DNA of 41,306 bases. It comes from Lenisia limosa (taxonomy: Eukaryota; Protista; Breviatea). The stretch is from NCBI GenBank assembly GCA_001655205.1, contig LPNZ01007846.1:1-41306 (forward strand), in the 5' to 3' direction. Under the pieces are notes generated by a model that was given only the letters and a program-made list of their open reading frames with translations, had not been told where the DNA came from and did not search any database. This document shows positions 12,932-23,432 of the stretch, piece by piece. Numbering within the stretch: the stretch's first letter is position 1; each line of letters opens with the position of its first letter. Position numbers and translations under genes: made by a program.

Positions 12932-13462
12932 ATGCCCAATGTTACAAAAACCTACACTATTTGTGAAGCATGTCAAGTTGAAGATTTGACAGATGACCCC
13001 CGACAACTGAGGTATTCAGAAGGGATTTGGGTATTTCCCCTGGATAAATGGATAAAGTCACTAAATAATAAGTAGTAAAGCGCAATTAGTGAGACTAAGA
13101 GCGTTAGTTGTGGTTTTGTGCAGAAGTTGTACGTTGATAGATTTATTACCGAAATAGGAAAGTAATTTTCAATCATAATCAATCAAAACCAATCAAAGCT
13201 AGTAAACTATGTCTAACTGTGTCAATTTCAAGACTTGAAGTGGACGTTGCCGGGATCAATTTCCCCAATCCAGGGTTCTCGTAAACTTCTTGACGCTTGG
13301 GTGGCCAGTAAGCTTTTGATGGCTTTTTGGGATACTTATTCTCCAACCTCACTCAAAAGGTGTGTAACATCAAGAAAGATTCCGCAGCAAAACGGTCAAT
13401 CACAAATAAATAGAAAGAACATGAAACCTATCAAAATATCAAAACAGAAAGAAATACCATAA
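12932..13462 (+). CDS. Possible small spliced hypothetical gene
   Basis: Open frames with splice-like boundaries (MPNVTKTYTICEACQVEDL..., LYVDRFITEIGK, LLMAFWDTYSPTSLK) lie between two better-supported genes. No recognisable motif, and no unique exon chain. Confidence 0.25.
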
Positions 13463-13464
13463 CA

Positions 13465-16400
13465 TTAGTACATTTGATGCTGACTGTAAGGAGGCGGCGG
13501 GGTGTTATAATGAGCATCACCTTGAGAGGGTCAGAAAATCCAAGGGCAAGGACAAACCATATTGCTGTGGGGTACTATGTTGCGCGGTTGTTGGACCTGA
13601 GTCGTATCCCTGACTAGTCCTTTGGTTGTGGTAGCCCTGGCTATAGCGCTGGTCCTGATGCTCAACATGATTGGGAGCGGAGGGACCTAATGGTTAGAAC
13701 CTTGGAACAAGAGCAATCATAGATGGGTGAGTGGAGAAACGGAGTATTACCTGGACGGCTATGTCGCCTTGGAGACGCATGTGAATAACTGTAGCTCTCT
13801 GGAGTGTCAAAATTGCTAGATTACAGCATACAAACCCTCGATTTGCACTTCTTCAAAGTGTGGAGTTTCAAGTCCACAGTTGGAGTCTGGGGCCTGGGGT
13901 GTTAATGAACCGGATATTCAATATGCCCAGTAATCCACATACACAAACACCCATGTCGGTGCTGGTTGGCCCTCCAGCTGCTGCTGTCTTCCGTCGCTTC
14001 GACCTCGTTTTTGCCTTCTTCACAAAGATCAGCATCATTACGAAGAGGAAAAACCACCTAAAGAGTCAGACGCAAACCCTGAAAGAGTCTGACTAACCCA
14101 ATCAGGAGATATATGAACGGTCGTTCGTCCTTGGTGTCGTTGAGACTCACTAAGTGGACATGAGAAAGGCCATTCTCAGCCGAAGCCACAGTGAGTATAG
14201 TCCATCCCAAGGTAGGTCCTACCTGCAAAGAGGGCACATATAGCGGATAAACCAGCACTGAGGTAAAGTGTACTTCTCACAACGTTTGCCCATTCTAAGA
14301 AAATATTATGCCAGTCGTACACACTGCCTACCAATAGAACATGGGCGAGACACTGTGCAGTATGTGCCGAGAATGGAGGTCAGCCCCAGGATGAAAGAAA
14401 GATACACCTTCTGTTGGACCGCAAAGAGACTTGTGGCAAGAACAAGAAGGTACTGAAGGGTGAGAAAGTTCCAATATATCCAGCAAGAAGTCACAAACTG
14501 AAGCCGCTCACTTTTACGAGAGACGTCCCAACGAGGAAAAGAGGCTCATTTCGGAAGTTCAACGTAGCCGGAGCGAGTTCCTGCCAAAGGCCCTGAAAAG
14601 TCACGTGAGTAATGAAAGGGGTGAACAAACCTGTGACCGCACAGCCACTGGCACAAAGAGCGGCAGGATTATGAGGGTGGCAATAGGAACTAAAAAGGTC
14701 AGTAAAGCCATTAATCTAAACAAGTGGAGCTCAACCCTCAAACAGAAGCTTCCTCCCCAGCTGAATTGCGAGTCGGTCAGGTCCAAACAACTCCATCCGT
14801 TGTAGCGATCATGTTGATAAGCTATTGCATCTCCGTTGTCTTTGATCAGGGTGCAGGATATAAACATGAACACCGCGTTGAGTAAGGGGATCAAAAAGAT
14901 TGTACTGTGTTGTGAGAAGCTTCAGCGTGACCAAGCAAACCTGATGAGGGGCAAGAAACGAACAACTCCACAGAAGCACATCCAGCTGCATCCTCGTTTG
15001 ATGAGGAAGTATGTCAGCGTGAAGTACGCCTAGCTGAATGTAAGGTACGTCAACTGGTTACACGTGGTAAACACACAACAAACCATGATGGCCAGTGCGG
15101 CTGTGCTGAGGTAGAGCGAGCCTGTTGGAGTGGGGAACAGGGTGCCAAAGTCCAAATGAACATATCGCGCATAGTCGGTCACGCTTTGGGCAGACTAAAG
15201 GTCAAGATCAAGGTTTAACAAACCTCGCTCCACGGGACATACTGACCAAAAGAGAAGGCCACAAGCTGCATCCATTCAATTAAGAGATTCAGCATGTACA
15301 TGAGATTGCGGAAGGAGAAACCGGAAACCATAGACCGGGGCTGCAATGGATCAGAAGAAGCCCATTGAAGATTGAAACACCCACATGTGAGTGCTTATCG
15401 AAGGGTGTGATATTGGTTGCAATCCACATGATCGTCATTACCGTTGTGCCAAGGACAATGCCCCAAATGCTAAACTGCATGAGCAATATCATTCCTTACA
15501 TGGAAGCTTGGAGAACAACATTCGAAGTTTTTTCAGCAGTGAAATCAAGTCCGACCACCTGGGACGTGAGGAAACCCCAAGATAAGGAACTAACCAATAT
15601 CCTCTTCTTCATTCCTCTCGATGAGGCTTCAATGAGTTCAGTGGCCTTTTCTGCTGTCACGCCATCCACACGGCTGATGAGGTCCTGAATGGTCACCGGA
15701 ATAGATAAACATTGGTGTTACTTAAGCCCCTATAAGCCCCGCACGGATTTGGAATAGAGGTAAGAAAAGTCCTCTTCGCTGGTGCCACTCGAGGGAATTT
15801 CTACACGATGAGTATAGATCAGATGTAGGCAAAGGACGTGGCAACTTTGACAAAGTTGCCCAACCTATGACAGCAATGGCGATGTGACTGTCTTCGTTGT
15901 AGGCGTATGCAGGCATTGATTGCACCCTGAAAATGGTAAACACTTTAAGACGTGAAAGTGCCTACAGAAGATCATCGAAGGGCTGCGGCCGTTCATCAAC
16001 AAACACCAAGTCTTGACCCAGGGTTGTCTATGGGGTGACCAGGAAAAGACCAGCTTACAGGAATATAGGCCATTTCAAGGTGTTCCGATGAGGGACTCCA
16101 CGAAACCAAAATACGGTTCGACCTAGAATGTTACTGCAATCATTGAAGCAAGTTGACACCCCATTCCATACAATTTTGAGGGATTTGTGTGAACCCCGTA
16201 AACAGCCTTCGTGAAATGAGCCTGAAAGATAAGAGTTTACTGTCGATGGGGACCATCAACCTACCATGATGGGGGGATTGGCTAATTCGATTTGGTCTAA
16301 GAACGGCCAAACTGAAGATCCCCTTTGCTCCTAAAACAGTCAAACAAGGGGAGACGAAAGGCCCCATTACCCATCCCTAACCTACCTGTAAATCAAACGT

Positions 16401-19400
16401 CTTGGGGAAGGGAACTTCGTCAAATGTTGTTTGTTCCTGTGGGGTGAAATAATAATTTACTGAAAGAAGAGTAACACTCCAAACACAACATGCACGAGAG
16501 TTTGAAAATAACAAAAAGCAGTCATCGTGCAGCTTAAAAAACTTGACCCCCTCCAACCTGTCGTGGATATGAGTACATCATGCCGTTATAGATGGGCGAC
16601 AGTCTTAAGGAGCCGGCAACGCCCTCATCAGAGTCCGGGGCCGGGAGTGATGACGTCAGCGGCAAGACGAAGCTAAGAAAGTGAGACGTCGTGGCTGGTG
16701 CTCACCTTGCCTCTGCAGTAGAACAGTCTACTTCCAGGAGGGAGTATAGCTTGTTGTTATCCACAACTCCAAAAGAAACATGGAGAAACACTACATGGTT
16801 GGTTACGAATGTTCAAGGGCGAAGCTCACAGGATGAACCTGACATGATAGCCGAATCAAAGTGTACGGTTTGGGATTCCAAGGCTGATAAGTCCTTGCAA
16901 GCAGGCTGAATAGTTAGTAAGCAATTTAGGACTCACAAGGTTGTCGCTGGTACTATCACCGGTAATGGAATCAGTAGGGGAATTGGGCATGACCCCCGTG
17001 CAAGGGTACTTCGCATAACGTCTGCTTGTGAGCAGTGGGCAACAGTCCTACCTAGCATTGATGTTACTCTGGTCAACACAACTGGCAAGATAACCGGTGT
17101 TGCATATCCAAACAGAGGGCTAAAAGATAAATAAAGCTCCATACATTCTCACTCTAGAGTACTGCTCATGGGGACACGACGATATAATGACAAAGGTATC
17201 AGTAACAGCGTTGTGGTATACGCGTTGGGGACATAATCCAAACAGCGAGTGGTCTTGGTCTGGTGGGACCGTCTATAGAGTCAAAGAGCAGCGTCAAGGA
17301 AATTGTGCTTACGCTGGTGAAGTTTTGATGATACTCCTCGGTTATATTGAGCCCTAAAACGTTACCATCATCGCGGGGCCTCACCAGTTGGATTGAACAT
17401 TGCAATGGAAAAGCTGACATCCTCCCCTGAACTGACTTGTTCGGGAACTGACATCAGGAGCTAAATGGTAAAATAACAAAGGAAAAATAATTGGAGAAAA
17501 CGAAGGTGGAAAGACATTAATCAAAGAGATAATTCCTCGCTATGAAGGGAACATACCAGGTTGCCAGTTAAGGAGTTGAGGACCATGAGAGGTTTCGGCA
17601 TTGAACTGTTATGCGACGTACCCGCACCAGTGTACTGTTCTGCGGGGTTATCTTGGTCCAAACAGGAACCATTTAATATTGTCCAGAGTACCATTGAATA
17701 TCGAGAACTGCTCATGCTGGTTAAACTTGGTTGAATACTCCACTTCCCCATCGTCAGTTGTGGATTCCTGTCGGTTAGTTACAGCTTGCAATATTTTGTA
17801 TGCTATGAATTGGAGAATAACAGGAATGCAGAAGAGCTAACCTCAACGACATAACTGTGCTTTGTCATTGTATACGAACGGGGGAAGCCCTTAAAAGTGG
17901 TCGTTACATCGAGGCCTTAAAGTCAAATGAAGTCATATTTATCATTTGTATTATTTATTATTCCAATCCGAGCCTTGTCATATGTATGATTGGTCCAGGC
18001 CTCACCATCGATGTTAGTCAAAGTAGTGGCCTGAGCCACGAAGAATGACGCAGTCAACTGGTCAACAGCGGTGGCGTATCGCGTCTAGACAGTCAACGTC
18101 AGCCTCTAACTCGAAGACTCACCTGGATATCCCAAGGGAAGGCTGAAGCGTCAAGCTGGCTGTCCACAGTGGGTATTCTGCGGTCAGACGGAAGACTCCA
18201 GTCCCCCATTACACTGGAGGGTCAACTTTCACTCTGGCACAAGGAAGGATAAGTATGTCAAATTCAATTGTCAGCCTCAAGCTCTGATACCCCTCAGACA
18301 GATCATCGTAGCTTAGGATCTCATGGGTCACAAGAACCTAAAAGGTCAATAATACGTCCCAGTGCAATGCGTGGCTTACATTCATATCCGGATGAACCAG
18401 CGCCTTGGGGTAGACATTGAGTGTCACTGCAACGGCGAGAGCAACTCCAACAAGAACAATTGAGACCTTCTTGCAAAAGCGAAGTTGCTTCAAATTTTGA
18501 GCCAGAGGAGCAATCTGAACAAATGAGCATAGGTAACGTCAACAAAGACCTACAGTAGCACCTTGAGATGGATCCTGCCCCCTCCTGCCACGAAGTAGGT
18601 CAGCGATCTGTTTGCGTTTTGACTGCTTCTAAAAGTATATAAGCACAAAAAAAAAACGTTTTTTCACCAGAAGAACCATACTTTTGGCTTTTGCACTTCC
18701 TCAGCCCCAGTCGGTGGTTTAACTTTCTTGAGAGAAGGGTCTCTTTGCTGCGGAGATTATGCATATTAAAAAAATGAAAGGGAAAGCAGGCATACCATTG
18801 CGCGTCTTTCGCGTCTTTCACGCCTTTTTCGCGCACAACGCCGAATGCAATAGATAAACAGAATAAAGATAATGATTAAAACGCCAATGAGGTTGAAGAT
18901 TGAGCTTTTCTGGGTGAGTGTGTCTTCTGATTTCGAGAGAAGATTAACTGGATTGTGAGGGAACACTGCTGCATTTGAAATACCAATAGACCGGCTATCC
19001 ATGATTGAAGCTGCAACTCTCAGAAGTTCCGTATTGTCCAAGACGTGGTCAACAGCGAATATGTCAAGCAGCCTTGTTTTCACCCCTGAATGGTGATAAA
19101 CGTAGAGGTTACAAACCATGACGGTCATCAACGCTTCCAATGACCGTGGGGGTGATGTCAGACGGCACATCAATGGCCGTCGCGCTCGTGATCATAAGCC
19201 GTCCTAAGAACATCAGATACTCTTCCGTGCATGAGTGTGATAGAACCCCCGAGACCGTTGAGGTAGAGATCCACCCCGCTGGGACTGATTCTCAAAATGA
19301 TGAGTAGCCGCGCGCCGTATTCGGCAATGTTCGTCACTGCTTCTTTGTGGTGCATGGCCTTGCCGTTGGAGGTGAAGGAAAAGTAAATCTGGAGGAGGTA

Positions 19401-20399
19401 AGCACACACAAGGGCCTACGTCATCCTTGAATAAATAGAGGCTCATTTGCTCCTCCAGGAACACTAAAACCAGTAATGCAAAAAAAGAGACAGAATTCAA
19501 GGGTTATGACCCACAAACATCCATCTTTGTCATAAGTGGCAGCAATGATGCTTTGTTTCGTCCACATGTCAGTTGGAGTGGTGAGGGTAATGAAGGCCGT
19601 TACACCATTCGTTATCTACGCAGTTATGGTGTAAACCGGTGATAATTCGTTCTGATCAGGAAAAGCTGGTAAAAAAATGAGGAATATTTGGAAATTATGT
19701 CCTTTTAAGTAACTACCTAAATCCACCTTCTTGAAAGTATAAACAGAGAATTTGACACCCAATCCGCTTTTTTCTATTCAGAGGCCTATTGACAGCCAGA
19801 TGCAAAGACAAACCCAGCCGACCCTCAAACGACCAAACATGGAGCCTTCATTGTTGGCTACAAAGATGCCAGTTGTCTCGTCAAGAACAACACCCTGTAA
19901 TGGTTAGTCCCCTCACAGACGGCCCACCTTCTCCTCGCCTTCAATGACCACAATTTCGGGCTCGGTCATCGTGAACGGGTAGGCCTGATGGGGTAAACTA
20001 TCGTAGTTGTGCTGGTTCAATGCTTCCACTAAATGCCTTGAAACTCTCCATCCCGGATTTTGTCGAAAACACCGGGTGGAGGTTTACCACCCTCCTACAA
20101 AGCCACGATCGAGACGCCCGACCCATCCTGTTGTGAAGTTGCCTGGTAAGCTTTCTGACTCCAGCTCAATGAAGACTCCTTTATAAGAAGTAAATAGTAA
20201 TCAAAAGATTGGACTTGATTGGACAGATATCTTGGCCTCAAGACCCACCATCCGTATCAGCAATCGACTGGCTCTGTTCTGAAAGGGTAAATCGAGCAAT
20301 GAACAGAAAAAATAAATCCAAACCTGCAAATATGGTACTTAATAGTACACATATCAATAGAGTAATAAGGTGCAGGGAAGGAGGGCTCTTCAGAGACAT
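13465..20399 (-). CDS. Very large multi-pass membrane protein (signal peptide, ectodomain 1, TM, basic loop, TM, ectodomain 2, C-terminal ~8-TM block, PY-motif tail); putative receptor or channel
   Basis: Signal-peptide-like start MSLKSPPSLHLITLLICVLLSTIFAG (ATG 20399). TM1 IFNLIGVLIIIFILFIYCI is followed by RRCARKRRERRERR; TM2 is VSIVLVGVALAVAVTLNV. I traced frame-preserving GT-AG junctions from ~18900 to ~15100 and more patchily to the stop. C-terminal block: FSIWGIVLGTTVMTIMWI, LMYMLNLLIEWMQLVAFSFGQYVPWSE, IPLLNAVFMFISC, LVPIATLIILPLFVPVAV, YLLVLATSLFAV, WFFLFVMMLIFV. Tail ends TPPPPYSQHQMY* (stop 13465-13467). Confidence 0.8.
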
Positions 20400-20748
20400 A
20401 TCGAATACCCTCTGTGAGAGGATTACCTCTTTGTGTGTCAAAATATAGCTTTAATTATAGTAAATAAATACAAATCTTAGGTTGGAATGGTATGGAAGCA
20501 TTTTTTCTTCAGGGTTTTTGCGAAAAGCGTTATATGCGACGCCATGTATACGCCAAAGTGGTCTTTCATTTTCAAACTTTTGTTCATGTTTCACATTTTC
20601 CAGACATTTTAATCGCATTGTATATGAAATAAAAAAGTGCTATAAGTATTTAGATATAGGATTTCTCACTCTTTTATCAGTTTTCTTGGAATATCTCCGT
20701 TTCTAGTTGTACTGGCTTGTATGTAGTTAGCTACTGAAGGTTTTACCA

Positions 20749-22452
20749 ATGGAAGTGAAGTGTCCGCGCTGTACAGAGCCAGTGTATGCGCTTGAGCGGT
20801 CTGAAGCCAACCAAAATGTTTGTCCTTACTCCCCTCCTTCTTCTCTAATCCTTTTAGTACCATCAGCATTGTTATACATGCAACGGGGTAGGGTATTTAA
20901 ACCATGTTTTTTGTTACCTTCTCTTTTAGTGTGATGTTGATTTCGAAGCCAACCAGGCCAACTTTACACATGAAGGCGAAATATATTGTCGAAAATGCAT
21001 TGAAGAGTAAGTGGTTTGATTGATTTGTATCATTTTATCATAAACACTGCCTATTTCTAACAATATAGGTTTTGCGTATGTTGGGAGATTCGGCTGTGTT
21101 GACTTCATTCTAGCCTCTTATTATCTCATCTCTAGGTTTTTTATCTCGAGATTATTGGAGCGGGATTTGTTGATTGTTTAAAGATAGTGATCAGGCAATC
21201 ATACTTGCTCATAGTTTCCTTTGACTCATTTATCACTCTGCTATATTCACCTGCTCGTCTTTCTGTTCTTATATTGTTGCAGCCGTCTTTCAAATGTAGC
21301 TACTGTGGGACTGACACATGGCTAGACTATATTGAGTTTGAAAAGAAGAAGTGGTGTCCTTGTATGGGGGTTATTTACAAGCTGACAGGTGTACACTTCC
21401 CTAGAATTTGCTTTTCAGTCATTTACATCACGCCACAGGCCATTTCAATTGCAGTGAGCACAACTGCGGAACGACTCTTTCCCTGGAAACCGCTCATTCG
21501 TATTACGGACTTCCATACTGGTTAGTTAGTCAAGGCTGTGGTCCTGTTTGACCTAATTGCGTACCGTTTGGCTTATCTTTCTGTTTTGGTATCTTTAATC
21601 CGCCCAGTTTGCATCACTTTGAGATCAACACCGGGGTGAAAGTCGCCGTGGAGTCTGAAAGCCATATCTCTCTTGCTTCAGAGGTGAGTGCTGGTTTTTG
21701 AAATGAATATTGTGTCTGGTTCTCTTTGTCCGCCCGTAAAAGTTGAAATGTTTCAGTAAAACATCAACTATTTTCTCTTTTAGTGACTTATGTGATATTA
21801 GGTTGAATTAGGCTCAGAAGAAGAAGATGAGGGGAACCTCGAAGGGCTTTTAGACAAACAGGGCGGCTCACAAGGATCTCTATTTGGCCGGTTCTCTTGG
21901 CGAGCCCGACACTTTAGTTGGTCAAATTGCTGCTTTCATAACGCAACAAAACACTATTTTGTTTCACCTTCACAGTTCTTTGTCCGAACAGTTTGGAATA
22001 TTACAAGCCTGCTAAAGACGAGGTCTATACGAGAGAATCACCGAATTTCAAAGGGGCAATTGACTTCAAAACTGCTTATGGCGTGGCAAATGTAGGCCCT
22101 TGGGTAGTTTGTAGGATTTTGTCATTGCAAGACCACATTCTTTGGCCTCTCACCAAAAGGTAAAAATTCTTGAAAGCCCCCCACCAAAGGCCCCAAAGAA
22201 CTTCTTTTATTTTGTGGTTTGTGGGCTTTTTTCAGAACACAAATGTAGTTTGGCTGACGATTCAAGTAAAGAGGGCTGTCATGTTGCTCTTTTTTTTGGG
22301 CTGTTGTCTCCATTGCATGACATCTTACAGTGTAGATGGTGACACCTTTGGCAGACTCGAAAGTGCGAAGAGTTATTCTGCGAGCAAGTGACGTAAGTGT
22401 CCGACAAAAATGGGTAAACAAAATCGAAAACTTCCTCCAGGTCCTTAGATAG
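20749..22452 (+). CDS. LIM-LIM-PH domain protein
   Basis: LIM1: MEVKCPRCTEPVYALE...HQHCYTCNGCDVDF...FTHEGEIYCRKC. LIM2: CSYCGTDTWLDYIEFEKKKWCPCHFNCSEHNCGTTL...YYGLPYCLHH. PH: EGLLDKQGGSQGSLFGR...VLCPNSLEYYKP...FKGAIDF...RRVILRASDVSVRQKWVNKIENFLQVLR* (stop 22450-22452). Confidence 0.85.
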
Positions 22453-22645
22453 CTTTTTTTTGGGTGGGTATTATAATGCAGGTGTTTGTTCACCTCGTAA
22501 TTTTATTGTTTATCGTATGTACTATGTAGTTATGGATGGTGAAATGATAATGTATTGTGTTGTACATTCTGTTTGGTGCTCCTCTGGTATTCAGAGCAAA
22601 AAATTAAATAATACAAAACCGAAACAAATATCAAAAAGAACACTA

Positions 22646-23158
22646 TTACTCCTCGATTGGAGGGTACATCATACCAATAAACAGGAAGATAAAAGGCATG
22701 ATCAGGGAGAACTTGACAGAAAATGGCTGAGACATAAAATCCCTTTTGCTGTACATGAATATTGCTGACAATAAGCAACTTGAAAGCAAGAGTTGCTGTG
22801 ACTTGAAGACCGTACCTTCAAACGTTAGAAATGTGCCCCTTTCTTCACACAATCACAAAGAAAAAAAAATAAGGGGGGTTCTTTCATATTTTCAAGGTAT
22901 CTAACTATAAATTCAATGTTTCCAATATATAAATATTTCATACTCATACAATGAAATCCGCTCAAGAGGACAAGTGACATATGATTGTGAAAACGCCTTA
23001 CCTGCAAAAGAGAGACTCATGACGAGAAAGTTGAAAAGCTCCCATGTGTTGTCCGTTTTCTCAATAGTCTTCTCAATTCCTTTGTCGGGAGACTCAGAGG
23101 GCTCAACAGACTTGTCTTTGTCGACCTTACTTGATTCCTTGTTGACTTTCTTTGCCAT
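22646..23158 (-). CDS. Small hypothetical membrane protein
   Basis: Charged N-terminus MAKKVNKESSKVDKDKSVEPSESPDK, then hydrophobic segments WELFNFLVMSLSFA and (after splicing) GTFLTFEAIFMY and FSVKFSLIMPFIFLFIGMMYPPIEE*. The middle junction is ambiguous. Confidence 0.45.
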
Positions 23159-23432
23159 TTTCCCTTGTCAAGATTTTAATATACAAAAATACAGTATTTA
23201 AACAACCAAAAAGGGCTTTTTGTTTTCTTACTCGCTCATAAAGGGCATTTTAGATTAAAGATCGTTTGTATTTACCCTTTTCCCACTTCTTTTTGCCCTG
23301 TCTTTGCCAGGTCTTTGCCTATTAAAAAGAGCAACATATTATTGTATACGACGAATTGGGGATTACCGGATTATTGGGCTCTTAGCTCACCCTCGACAGT
23401 GGCCACTCGCACCTCTCTTTCGGACCTGAAAG

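Noticed and set aside
13233-13290. LEVDVAGINFPNP, resembling the N-terminus of dihydroorotate or dihydropyrimidine dehydrogenase
   Set aside because: The frame stops three codons later, and no FMN-binding or other downstream motifs are present.
18795-18835. Short tandem cgcgtcttt(c) repeats
   Set aside because: They encode the RKRRERRERR stop-transfer segment of the membrane protein.
12900-20200. Fragmented ORFs initially suggestive of a decayed transposon or endogenous virus
   Set aside because: The fragments splice in frame into one host-style membrane protein gene. I found no RT, integrase, transposase or capsid motifs.
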